From the NCBI GenBank assembly GCA_048538235.1, contig JBLYPX010000001.1, positions 72,013 to 136,012 of the forward strand: DNA of 64,000 bases. The letters run 5' to 3'. The notes under the pieces are model-generated. The model was not told where the DNA came from. It saw only the letters and a list, made by a program, of their open reading frames with translations, and searched no databases. This document shows positions 40,214 to 49,667 of this stretch, one piece after another (the stretch's first letter is position 1; every line of letters starts with the position of its first letter). The translations under genes were made by a program, and so were the position numbers. Source of the stretch: Candidatus Komeilibacteria bacterium (GTDB lineage: Bacteria; Patescibacteriota; Patescibacteriia; UBA1558).

Positions 40214-43200
40214 ATGATCGAAGTAAAGATAGTAGATACAAATAATAGCTTATTAAATGAGGACCAGTCTGAGGTTGTTGGAAAGATTGAAAGTCCAGCT
40301 CAGCAAAAATTATATAAACAATTAAAAAAATATAATAATGAAGTCGCCAACACTTATAGGGGGGCTTTAATTGTTTTAATGTCTAAAGATAATCCTGATC
40401 GTTTTAAACAATCTGCTCATTCGTTGAGGCTATTAAGTGGATTAATAGTGAGAGATATAATTGTTGAGGATAAGAGTGACAATAGAGCTGTCACAGATAT
40501 TGTTTTGGACTGGCTTAATAGTTACTCAAAAAACAATCCGCCAACATATGAAGAAATTGATTCGTTTAAGAAAAAGTTAGAAATTTTTACATTAAATCAT
40601 ATTAAAAAAATGATATTAATGATAAGGAAAGACGATCCTATGGGTGGTCCACCAGAACACGTAATTAGACAAATAACTAGAGAGTGGAATGATCTACATA
40701 ATTTTTTTAATAGAGTCGCTAAAACTGGAAATACAACAGAATCAGATTTTAAAAACCATCTTTCTGAGATGGAATTGATTTTATTTAACATCACAAGTAG
40801 TTATTATGATAATAGAGACCAAATAGAAAAAGTATTAAATAAAAAGCCATCAGTTAGACTCGCAAAAGAATTATCTAAAATGATAGTCTCTTATAGGAGT
40901 TATGAGTATTTGTTTGAACGTGCTTCATCAGACTGGTTGACGCCGTTAAGAGGTGTTGGCTTTTTTGTCTTGCCAGAGCAAAGCTTAAGAATATGGCCCC
41001 CTTCTAAATATCTATTAAGAATAATTGCTGAAAAGCCTGAGGAAATTGTTGGTATAGTTAATTCTTTCTCCGACACTTCAAATCCAGCCATTATTGATGA
41101 TATTATCAACATGGCTTTAAACGTAGATATCAAATATACGCTAGAAATAATTAAAATAATTTTTCAGAAGAAATGGGTTATAAATGGTTTTTTTGGAGAT
41201 AATTATTGGTCTGGACATAATGTATATAAATTAATAGATTATCTAGTAAAAAACAATAAGGCTGATGCTGCTTTAAAATTATTTCAAAATTTTTTATCTT
41301 TTGATAAGGAAACAGAAGGAGTTGGTCTAAGATCTGCCAAACCTCACATAAGGGTTCATGACTATAGGGACTTGTTGGATAAGCATATAGATAGTCTAGT
41401 AGAGATTAAACCAACAGAAACGATTGAGGTTATTGCAAAATTTTTAAACGCAACATACTTAAAAATCTATACGGATGCAGGAGGTAAAAGGGTTTATTCG
41501 AGAAAAGAAGACTATTCTTATTTAGATTATAAGGACATTGAAGAAGGTATGTACCATTTGGATAGCGCTACTATCATTTTGTTAAGATCTCTAATTAATT
41601 TACTTGAAAATGTCGCCACAAATAATCACGGTATAATATTTGACTGTATGGATAAATTAAATTATCCACTTTATATTTTTAGAATGATTAAGTTAAGGAT
41701 GTATAATAAATTTCCATCTTTATTTAAAGGAGAAATCAAAAGTAGTTTGTTAAAATCAGAAAACTATGAGGATATTAATGATATCGGTGAAGTCTTTTCA
41801 GAATTAGTTGTTAATAATTTTAAATTATTAAATAACGCTGAAAAAGAAAAAGTATTTAAAATCACTGAGAAGTGCCCAAAGTATATTTTAGAATTACGAG
41901 ATATAACCCAAGAACAAATAGACGAATTTTTTGAGCGGTGGAGATATAAAAATTTATATTTAGTGAAGGCCTTTTTAAATGGAGACAGCAAAGTGTGGTT
42001 TGATTCTGTAAAAGATAAATATTCTCCTCCAGACTTTACGAAAGGTTTATCAACTACATGGGTTGGACCGACTAGTGATATTACTGTAACAGATTTTAAC
42101 AGTATGGATCCAGACGTAATAATAAGGGAGCTTGATGAATGGATTCCGCCAAAAGGATCAATGGTAGACACGCCGGAGGGTAGAGGTCGTAATTTGAGTG
42201 AATCGATTAAATTTAACCCCAATAAATATTTTCCCCTTGCGTTAGAGTTTATTAAAAAAAAGCTTCGCTTTACATACATTCATCATTTATTTTGGGGTTT
42301 TGAATTAGCACACAGAGAAAAACATCCAATGGATTGGGATAAAATTATTGACGCCGGAATTAACTTGGTTAGGCTAGATAAGGATAATATAGATAAGTTT
42401 CCTAAAACAAGTAATGATGATTTTGAATATGATCACGATGGTGCAGTGAGGTCGTTATTGAGTTTAATCGATCAGGGGTTGGGTCAAAAGGAAATAGATA
42501 TGCCTGTGAGTAGAAGGGGTGATATATGGGAAATAATAAAAAAAGGTACTAAAAGCACTTACCCTGATTTGGAACATGAAAAAGAGTATGGAGGCAACAA
42601 CATGGATCCGTTTACTATGTCTATCAACACAACTAGGGGCGAGGCCATGCACGCCTTAATAAGATATGCTTCTTGGATTGTTCAGCAATCTAAAGAAAAA
42701 AGAGGTTTACCAAAAGAGGTTCTTCAAGTATTAAATTATCATTTGGATTATAAAAATGATCCAACAGAAACTATTCATTGTATTTATGGAAGATATCTAC
42801 CATTTCTTTCGCACCACGAGCCTGAGTGGGTTAAAAAAAATATGAAGCTAATATTTCCAGACGAAAAGGAAAAGTTTTTGGTTTGGAAAGCGACTTTTGG
42901 GACTTATTTAAGAGGTAATATGTATATTGATCTTTTCTCAGAACTTTTTGGGCAATATAGTAAAGCTATAGAATATGTTTCAACAATTGAAGATGAGAAA
43001 AATGAACATGATCATTTTGTAGAAGCGCTTGCGAACCATATAGCTTTAGCACTGGTTTACAACGCAGAAAATGCGACAAGTATTGCAGAAAAATTATTTA
43101 AAGCCAAAAACGATAGATTAAAAAAGCATATTGTATTTTATATAGGCGCTAATATATTGAAGCCAGATTTGAGAAATATGAGGGATAAAAAATACGCAGA

Positions 43201-43612
43201 TCCAGAAAAAGTAAAATGGATTTGGGAAAAAATAATTAATGAGTTATCACCAGATGTGGCTGAAGGTTTTGGTTATTGGTTTATTAATAGCCCGTTTGAT
43301 AAGAGATTTACTATCGATCAGCTTGTAGAAACATTAAGAATTACTAGGGGGCAATTAGATGGTGAATATCAAATTCATAATAAATTAAATGATTACGTGG
43401 ATGATTATCCAACAGAGGTTTTTGAATGTATAGAATTAATAATTAGGGGAGACCCTCATAAGGGACGTTTGTTTTATCGTATTACTGAATATGTGGGGTT
43501 GATGCGAAAAATTAAAGATAGAGCTGATAAAGAATTGATTATAAAAATGAGCAAATTAGCAGATTATCTTGGAAAGAATGGTTTCGAGAATGAATTTGAA
43601 GAGTTTAAATAG
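40214..43612 (+). CDS. Orphan large protein (1132 aa), no recognisable catalytic motifs
   Basis: A long uninterrupted ORF. It is predicted to be mostly alpha-helical and has no Walker or nuclease motifs. A tandem TGTCACTTTT direct repeat lies upstream at 39974-39993. Confidence 0.55.
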   Translation: MIEVKIVDTNNSLLNEDQSEVVGKIESPAQQKLYKQLKKYNNEVANTYRGALIVLMSKDNPDRFKQSAHSLRLLSGLIVRDIIVEDKSDNRAVTDIVLDWLNSYSKNNPPTYEEIDSFKKKLEIFTLNHIKKMILMIRKDDPMGGPPEHVIRQITREWNDLHNFFNRVAKTGNTTESDFKNHLSEMELILFNITSSYYDNRDQIEKVLNKKPSVRLAKELSKMIVSYRSYEYLFERASSDWLTPLRGVGFFVLPEQSLRIWPPSKYLLRIIAEKPEEIVGIVNSFSDTSNPAIIDDIINMALNVDIKYTLEIIKIIFQKKWVINGFFGDNYWSGHNVYKLIDYLVKNNKADAALKLFQNFLSFDKETEGVGLRSAKPHIRVHDYRDLLDKHIDSLVEIKPTETIEVIAKFLNATYLKIYTDAGGKRVYSRKEDYSYLDYKDIEEGMYHLDSATIILLRSLINLLENVATNNHGIIFDCMDKLNYPLYIFRMIKLRMYNKFPSLFKGEIKSSLLKSENYEDINDIGEVFSELVVNNFKLLNNAEKEKVFKITEKCPKYILELRDITQEQIDEFFERWRYKNLYLVKAFLNGDSKVWFDSVKDKYSPPDFTKGLSTTWVGPTSDITVTDFNSMDPDVIIRELDEWIPPKGSMVDTPEGRGRNLSESIKFNPNKYFPLALEFIKKKLRFTYIHHLFWGFELAHREKHPMDWDKIIDAGINLVRLDKDNIDKFPKTSNDDFEYDHDGAVRSLLSLIDQGLGQKEIDMPVSRRGDIWEIIKKGTKSTYPDLEHEKEYGGNNMDPFTMSINTTRGEAMHALIRYASWIVQQSKEKRGLPKEVLQVLNYHLDYKNDPTETIHCIYGRYLPFLSHHEPEWVKKNMKLIFPDEKEKFLVWKATFGTYLRGNMYIDLFSELFGQYSKAIEYVSTIEDEKNEHDHFVEALANHIALALVYNAENATSIAEKLFKAKNDRLKKHIVFYIGANILKPDLRNMRDKKYADPEKVKWIWEKIINELSPDVAEGFGYWFINSPFDKRFTIDQLVETLRITRGQLDGEYQIHNKLNDYVDDYPTEVFECIELIIRGDPHKGRLFYRITEYVGLMRKIKDRADKELIIKMSKLADYLGKNGFENEFEEFK

Positions 43613-43815
43613 TTGCTGCATGTTACTGTGTTAATTAATTTTTATAATTGTAATTGTAGTATAAACATTATGAGATTTGTGTATGGAAAGACAAGAGTTA
43701 TTTATAATTTTTTTCGGCTTACTGACGCTAAACTTATTTATGATGAATCTAGTTAAGTAGCCCAACAGGCTATTTTTTGTTAAAATAATATAGTATTAAA
43801 TAACAATTATTACAT

Positions 43816-44199
43816 ATGAAAACTATTTTAGTAGACGCAATACATGCGTTCGTGATAAAAGGAGAGGGAATTTTTGAGGATATGCACAAGCTCTTAGAAG
43901 AATATCCAAATAAAAAAATAATCTTAACAAATGCTGACGATGAAGAGATGCTTAAGTTTGGATTAGATCAAATGCCTTATGAGGTTTTTACATTAAAGCA
44001 TAATCCAGACAAAACAGATAAAGAATACTATAATAAAATGCTTAGTTTATTAAATTTAGACGTTAATGATGTTATATATTTTGAGCATAGTGCTGAAGCT
44101 GTTGAAAATGCTAAGTCTGTTGGAATTAAAACCTTTTATTATGATAGTGAAACTAAAGATTTAGTTTCATTAAAAAAGTTTATTGACGATAATTTATAA
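43816..44199 (+). CDS. Small HAD-like fold protein
   Basis: A 127-aa protein with weak similarity to the HAD phosphatase C-terminal part (ILTNADDEE...IYFEHSAEAVENAKSVGIKT). Confidence 0.35.
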   Translation: MKTILVDAIHAFVIKGEGIFEDMHKLLEEYPNKKIILTNADDEEMLKFGLDQMPYEVFTLKHNPDKTDKEYYNKMLSLLNLDVNDVIYFEHSAEAVENAKSVGIKTFYYDSETKDLVSLKKFIDDNL

Positions 44200-44228
44200 T
44201 ATTTATATATTTAATTGATTCAGTGCTA

Positions 44229-44906
44229 TTAATTCTTAGCTATAACTAGCGCCCATACTTTGTGGGCGTTATTTTTTTTGAGAAGTTTCGCTTGTTCATT
44301 TAAAGTAGAGCCAGTGGTTATTACGTCGTCTATTAATAATATATTCTTATTCTGTATTTCTTTTATGTTTTGTATAGTAAAACAATCTTTAATGTTTTTT
44401 AATCTTTGTTTTTTATTAAGCTCAGCTTGGTGTTTAATATTCTTTTTTCTATACAAAACATTTAGAAGTGTTGGTAAATTAAGATTATTGGCTATTAATA
44501 TACTTTGGTTAAAGCCCCTTTCTAATTCTCTTTTCTTGTGAAGGGGAGTAGGTATTATTAATATATCTTTTGGTAATTTAATACTTTCTAGCTTATTAAG
44601 CATTAATTTACTTAAAGGTTTGTTCAAATCTTTAATATATTTGTATTTATAGTAATGGATTGTTTTTTGCAGTATCTCATTACTATAATCTGCACAGATT
44701 ATTACTTCATCTAAATATGATTTAGATTTACAGGTATTACATAATTTATCTGTTGTTTGTTCTTTATTACACAATGGACATTGTTTAACAGTTCTTAGGT
44801 TAATGGTATTAAAACAATCTGAGCATAAAAATTTACCCTCTTTGTTACAATGAATGCATTCAATGGGAAAGATAAAGTCTAGGATTAATTTAAATATTTT
44901 TTTCAT
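44229..44906 (-). CDS. comFC: ComF family protein (ComFC; phosphoribosyltransferase domain)
   Basis: N-terminal Cys4 zinc finger (CIHC...CSDC, CPLC...CNTC) and C-terminal PRTase motif ILLIDDVITTGSTL. Confidence 0.75.
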   Translation of the reverse strand: MKKIFKLILDFIFPIECIHCNKEGKFLCSDCFNTINLRTVKQCPLCNKEQTTDKLCNTCKSKSYLDEVIICADYSNEILQKTIHYYKYKYIKDLNKPLSKLMLNKLESIKLPKDILIIPTPLHKKRELERGFNQSILIANNLNLPTLLNVLYRKKNIKHQAELNKKQRLKNIKDCFTIQNIKEIQNKNILLIDDVITTGSTLNEQAKLLKKNNAHKVWALVIAKN

Positions 44907-44956
44907 ATAAAAAAGAGTCGTAAATAAACGACCCTTTAATATATATAATGCATTAT

Positions 44957-47458
44957 TTAACTAATAGTTATCTTATCTTTAGTTACACCAATCTTTAATA
45001 CTTTTTCTTCTGTTATTTCTTCACTTAGTAGTTTGTTAGCAAGTGGTGCTTCTATTTGGTTCTGAATAGCTCTGCGTATACCTCTAGCACCTTGGTCTGG
45101 AGAAAATCCTTGCGAGACAATTAGATCAAAAGCTTTAGTAGAAATTTGTGCTTTTAATTTTTGAGCAAGTAATCTCTTTAATAGTTCACTAGTTTGTAAT
45201 TTAGCTATCTGTAGAAGAGCAGCTTTATTTAATGGTTGGAAAATAATATTTTCATCTATTCTATTAATAAACTCTGGTCTGAAATGATCTTTCATACCAT
45301 TAACAATTCTTTGACTTAATTCTGCAAACTTAGATTTTTCTACAGCTTCATCTGTTTCTTCTTCACCAAAACCAATAGCAGCTTGTCTGTTAAATTCTTG
45401 TAAGCCAATATTTGATGTCATTATTATAATACTATTTTTAAAGTTAATAGTTTTACCAGTAGCATCTGTTATTTGACCATCTTCTAGGATAGGTAAGAGT
45501 AAATTGTATACATCTGGATGAGCTTTTTCAATTTCATCAAATAATACTACAGAGTATGGTTGGTGTTTAATGGCATCTGTTAATTTACCAGTTTCTTTGT
45601 AACCAACATAACCAGCAGGAGCACCAATTAATTTAGAGATATTAAAGCTCTCAGAGAATTCTGACATATCTATTCTAATTAAGGCATCGTCTCTACCAAA
45701 GAATTCTTTAGCTAGCACCTTAGCTGTCTCTGTTTTACCTACCCCCGATGGCCCTAAGAAGATAAATGAACCAATTGGTCTGTTTGGATTAGCTAAGCCT
45801 GTTCTTGATCTTCTAATGCTTTGAGCTAAAGCGTGTAAGGCCTGATCTTGCCCTATAATATGCTTTTTAAGGTCATTCTCAAGCTCTAGGAGCCTTTCTT
45901 TCTCAGGTAGGGCTAAATCCCTAACTGGAACCCTAGCCATCTTAGAAACAACCTCAGCAATGTGTTGACGAGTAATTTTACCTAATATTTTACTAGGAGC
46001 TTCTTCAGATTTTTTTAATTGATCTAATCTTTCTTGTAATTCATTCTCTTTTTCTTTCAAAGCCATAGCGTGTGAGAATTCTTCATTAGTAATAGCTGCT
46101 TCTTTATCTGTAATAATCTTTTTTAAATTATTCTCATAATTTCTAATCGCTTTATTACGACCATCTTTAGTAGTCTCAACTTTTAATTTAGCAGCCGCTT
46201 CATCTACTAGATCAATAGCTTTATCTGGTAAGAATTTATCTTGTAAATAACGGATACTATAATCTACAGCTGCTTCAATAGCTTCATCTGTAATTTTAAC
46301 ATTGTGGTATTTCTCATAATTCTTTTTAAGCCCCTGAATAATTTGAATGCTTTCGTCTCTAGTAGATTCTTTAACTTGAATAGGTTGAAATCTTCTTTCA
46401 AAAGCTGCATCAGATTCAATGTACTTTTTAAATTCTTCAGGAGTCGTTATACCTATACATCTTAAACTGCCACGAGCAAGGGCTGGCTTTAATAGATTAG
46501 CAGCATCTAATGAACCGGTCGCAGAACCAGCACCCATTAAATTATGTATTTCATCAATAAAGAGAATAATGTTTTTATCTTGTTTAACTTCGTCAATTAT
46601 TTTTTTTATTCTGTTTTCAAACTCACCTCTGTAAATAGTACCAGCCACAGTAGAGCCAAGATCTAGACTCATTATCTTTTTATTAGCCAGTACATCTGGA
46701 ACTTTACCCGACATTATTCTTTTAGCTAACCCTTCAATAATAGCTGTTTTACCAACACCAGGATCTCCTAAGAGAATAGGGTTATTTTTTGTACGACGAG
46801 ATAATATTTGTATTAGTCTATCTATTTCTACTTCTCTACCAATAACAGGATCAATATTTTTTTGAATTTCTTCATCTGTTAAATCTATAGTGTAGTAAGA
46901 AAGAGCAGAGCCTTCATCCATAGCATGTGGGCTCATTATTCTTTCCATTTCATTACCAGGTATTGAGTTATCTTTATTAGTAGCTGTGAGGTCAGAGAAC
47001 TTACTAGTACTTTGTAAAACAGTTTCTAATTGTTTACGAATAGCTTGCAAGTCTACTGCTTTACTGTTTAAGAATTTCAATAACCCACCATCTTGGCTTT
47101 TAAGAAGGCTAGCTAGTAAATGTTCAGTACCAATATATTTATGTCCATATTCAAAAGCAACTGAAACAGATTTTTCAATTATCTTTTGGGTAATAGTAGA
47201 TAGGGTAGGAACTTCATTAGCATCACCCATACTACCAGTATTTAGAACGGCTAATATATCTTTAGCTTCTTCAGCTGTAAATCTATTCTTAGCTAAAATA
47301 TCTGCTCCAATACAGCCTTTTTCTGCTGTAATAGCATAAAGTAGGTGTAGAGGCTTAACACTATCATTTCTAAGGCTAATAGCTAATTCTTGCGCTGTAC
47401 TCAGCGTTTTCTTAAAATGATTAGTAAATTTGTCAAAAGTTGAATCTAGAGAATTCAT
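44957..47458 (-). CDS. clpC: ATP-dependent Clp protease ATP-binding subunit (ClpC/ClpB family, two AAA+ modules)
   Basis: N-terminal Clp_N repeats. Walker A motifs GDPGVGKTAI and GPSGVGKTETAK, sensor/arginine-finger regions and a short M-domain. Length 833 aa. Confidence 0.85.
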   Translation of the reverse strand: MNSLDSTFDKFTNHFKKTLSTAQELAISLRNDSVKPLHLLYAITAEKGCIGADILAKNRFTAEEAKDILAVLNTGSMGDANEVPTLSTITQKIIEKSVSVAFEYGHKYIGTEHLLASLLKSQDGGLLKFLNSKAVDLQAIRKQLETVLQSTSKFSDLTATNKDNSIPGNEMERIMSPHAMDEGSALSYYTIDLTDEEIQKNIDPVIGREVEIDRLIQILSRRTKNNPILLGDPGVGKTAIIEGLAKRIMSGKVPDVLANKKIMSLDLGSTVAGTIYRGEFENRIKKIIDEVKQDKNIILFIDEIHNLMGAGSATGSLDAANLLKPALARGSLRCIGITTPEEFKKYIESDAAFERRFQPIQVKESTRDESIQIIQGLKKNYEKYHNVKITDEAIEAAVDYSIRYLQDKFLPDKAIDLVDEAAAKLKVETTKDGRNKAIRNYENNLKKIITDKEAAITNEEFSHAMALKEKENELQERLDQLKKSEEAPSKILGKITRQHIAEVVSKMARVPVRDLALPEKERLLELENDLKKHIIGQDQALHALAQSIRRSRTGLANPNRPIGSFIFLGPSGVGKTETAKVLAKEFFGRDDALIRIDMSEFSESFNISKLIGAPAGYVGYKETGKLTDAIKHQPYSVVLFDEIEKAHPDVYNLLLPILEDGQITDATGKTINFKNSIIIMTSNIGLQEFNRQAAIGFGEEETDEAVEKSKFAELSQRIVNGMKDHFRPEFINRIDENIIFQPLNKAALLQIAKLQTSELLKRLLAQKLKAQISTKAFDLIVSQGFSPDQGARGIRRAIQNQIEAPLANKLLSEEITEEKVLKIGVTKDKITIS

Positions 47459-47535
47459 TATGTAAATTATTATTGTTTAAGGTATATATAAATGTAGCAA
47501 AATACGGGGTTTTGTCAAGAAAAAAATACCACTTC

Positions 47536-47564
47536 TTGACATTTTCTTAAATATATGCTATCAT
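47536..47564 (+). promoter_or_regulatory. Sigma-70-like promoter (TTGACA -17- TATCAT) for the G+C-rich 178-aa gene
   Basis: TTGACA at 47536-47541 and TATCAT at 47559-47564. Confidence 0.45.
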
Positions 47565-47600
47565 ATATTATTAATATTTAGCACATTTATAAAGGGTTAA

Positions 47601-47650
47601 TAGTCATAGCTAAAAGAAGGTTAATAGTAGTCTTTTTCTAGCTATGACTA
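47601..47650 (+). promoter_or_regulatory. 50-nt near-perfect hairpin in the 5' leader (TAGTCATAGCTA... / ...TAGCTATGACTA)
   Basis: The arms TAGTCATAGCTAAAAGAAGG and TCTTTTTCTAGCTATGACTA share 12 perfect base pairs plus partial pairing, and the loop is 10 nt. It sits between the promoter and the RBS (AAGGAGA at about 47710). Confidence 0.45.
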
Positions 47651-47721
47651 TATAGGATAGAATAGCTCCTACCTCGGATTAGAGGAAGTATGACGGCTCA
47701 ATTTAGAGCAAGGAGATTATT

Positions 47722-48258
47722 ATGAGTAAAAGTTTTGCATCAGCAGATTACACCATGGGTCAGATGAATGCTGTGGCTAAGATGATGCAACAGCAGTTTG
47801 GTGATGACGCAGTGGATCGTTTCCTTCGTGGCAACGTTGAACTCACTGTCAAAACCCACACCATCGATTGCGACGCAGATCCATTCGTTCCAGATGGTTG
47901 GAAGGTGGAAGAACACACCAAAAGCAGACAGTTTGAATGGAATACAGACAAGGTAGAGCTTTACCTTTCTGATGAGCAGAAAAAAGGTTTTATTGAGGGC
48001 AACAAAATTCGTAAGCTTCTCAAAGATAAGCATGCTCTCAACGCCAATGTTTTGGACTACCTCTTAGCTCATCCTGAGCTTATTCCCGAAGAGTGGAAAG
48101 GAAAAGCTATTTGCTTCTGGGGTACCATTTATCGCAACTCGGACGGTATTCTGTGTGTTCGTTATCTCTACTGGGATGGCCACAGGTGGCACTGGTGCGG
48201 CGATTGGCTCGATGACTACTTCGACAACGGCGGTCTTGCTGTTCTGTCTCGCAAGTAG
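47722..48258 (+). CDS. Hypothetical Trp-rich protein (178 aa), compositionally foreign
   Basis: It has a good SD and visibly elevated G+C, and it uses CTC/GGC/CGC codons atypical for the window. The C-terminus is W/Y-rich (YLYWDGHRWHWCGDWLDDYFDNGG). It is monocistronic, with its own promoter and terminator. Confidence 0.5.
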   Translation: MSKSFASADYTMGQMNAVAKMMQQQFGDDAVDRFLRGNVELTVKTHTIDCDADPFVPDGWKVEEHTKSRQFEWNTDKVELYLSDEQKKGFIEGNKIRKLLKDKHALNANVLDYLLAHPELIPEEWKGKAICFWGTIYRNSDGILCVRYLYWDGHRWHWCGDWLDDYFDNGGLAVLSRK

Positions 48259-48320
48259 TTAGTCCTTGAACTTAGGTTCTTTGTGCTTAACACTTGAACC
48301 TTAGCCCTTTGAACTAAAAC

Positions 48321-48356
48321 AATCCTCCGTTTAACGAAGTTAAACGGAGGATTTTA
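48321..48356 (+). terminator. Rho-independent terminator
   Basis: Perfect 15-bp stem AATCCTCCGTTTAAC-GAAG-TTAAACGGAGGATT followed by a T-rich run. Confidence 0.7.
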
Positions 48357-48398
48357 ATTATGGTATACTAGAGTTGGTATTCACTGTATAATGTTTCT

Positions 48399-49616
48399 AT
48401 GAATAAACAATACTTCTATATACTCGGGAATAATCCTGAGTTATCTATTGCTGAGATAATATCTCAGCTTCAAATTAAGCAGATAGATTATACTGTAGAT
48501 TTAGCAATCAGCAGTGTTTTAATAATATCTGCACCAGATTTAGACAACGCCTTTTTTAACAGTCTAGGTGGTAGTAAAAAGTTTGGTGAGATAAAACAAA
48601 AGCTATCCTCTTTAGATAAGCTATCCTTAGAAGATTTAGAAATAGGGGAAGATAAATTTAGATTTGGTTTTTCTTTATACAACTTTTCTAAATCTGAATT
48701 AAAGAAAAATATTCCAGTTTTAAGAAGAATGGGACTTACCTTTAAAAAAGAATTAAGAGCAAAGGGTGTTAAGTCAAGACTAGTTGAATCTAAAGAAGAT
48801 GAATTATCTTCAGTTATTGTGCATAAAGAAAAGATGGTGGAGAGTGGAGCAGATATTGTATTAATTAAATACAAAGAAGAAATATTCTATGGTAGAACAT
48901 CAGCTGTGCAAGATTATGATTCTTTTTCTAAAAGAGATTATGGTAAACCAGGTAGAGATTCTACTTCTGGAATGTTACCACCAAAGCTTGCTAGGATAAT
49001 GTTAAACCTAACTGGTAAGGATAGTAGTGATATAATCCTAGATCCGTTTTGTGGATCAGGTACAGTTATTCTAGAAGCATTAGCATTAGGTTATACAAAT
49101 ATATTAGGATCAGATAAAAGTGAAGTCGCAGTAGAGGATAGTAGTCGTAATTTAATATGGTGGCAACAACACCATGTTTTAAACAATATCCCTGAAGTTA
49201 AAAGAGTGAGAGTTGAAGAGTTGTCTAATTTTTACGACAATGATTCAGTAGACGCTATTGTAACAGAACCATATTTAGGGCCACCACTACGTGGTAAGGA
49301 AAGTCCTGCACAGATAATTAGTATGCAGAAGCAATTACAAGAACTATATTCTGTTACTCTTACACAGTTTAATAAAGTATTAAAACCAGGTGGGATTATT
49401 GTTATGGTCTGGCCAGTATTTGTAGATAAAAAAGATAATAGACTGTATTTAAACTTAAAAGATAAAGTTGAAAGTCTAAATTTAGAGTTTAAAGATTATT
49501 TAAAGAATATAGATTTATCTATTGAACGTTTAACTGCACATAGAAAAACTTACTATTATTACCGTGTTGGACAAAGAGTTGGTCGTGAAATAGTAATTTT
49601 AGAGAAGAAAAATTAG
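48399..49616 (+). CDS. THUMP-domain RNA (guanine-N2) methyltransferase (Trm14/TrmN/RlmL-like)
   Basis: An N-terminal THUMP-like region and a class I methyltransferase motif I LDPFCGSGTVILEA, with a DPPY-like motif (VTEPYLGPP). Confidence 0.65.
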   Translation: MNKQYFYILGNNPELSIAEIISQLQIKQIDYTVDLAISSVLIISAPDLDNAFFNSLGGSKKFGEIKQKLSSLDKLSLEDLEIGEDKFRFGFSLYNFSKSELKKNIPVLRRMGLTFKKELRAKGVKSRLVESKEDELSSVIVHKEKMVESGADIVLIKYKEEIFYGRTSAVQDYDSFSKRDYGKPGRDSTSGMLPPKLARIMLNLTGKDSSDIILDPFCGSGTVILEALALGYTNILGSDKSEVAVEDSSRNLIWWQQHHVLNNIPEVKRVRVEELSNFYDNDSVDAIVTEPYLGPPLRGKESPAQIISMQKQLQELYSVTLTQFNKVLKPGGIIVMVWPVFVDKKDNRLYLNLKDKVESLNLEFKDYLKNIDLSIERLTAHRKTYYYYRVGQRVGREIVILEKKN

Positions 49617-49667
49617 TTGTTCATTACATGAATTTATGTTATAATTTGGTATATAACAACATTTTTT

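Larger units (their letters stand above)
19970..44210. mobile_element. Putative integrated mobile/defence island (about 24 kb) between tRNA-Ser(GGA) and comFC
   Basis: It is tRNA-adjacent and carries a large serine recombinase, a phage packaging module (ParB-methyltransferase, TerS, TerL), the PLD-SNF2/methyltransferase defence operon and many orphan genes. It is flanked by core genes (ppsA and the tRNA on one side, comFC and clpC on the other). Exact ends were not determined. Confidence 0.4.

Noticed and set aside
47459-47540. A possible CtsR operator (GGTCAAA heptad repeat) upstream of clpC
   Set aside because: Only a single GTCAAGA-like half-match is present, with no tandem heptad. It is not convincing.
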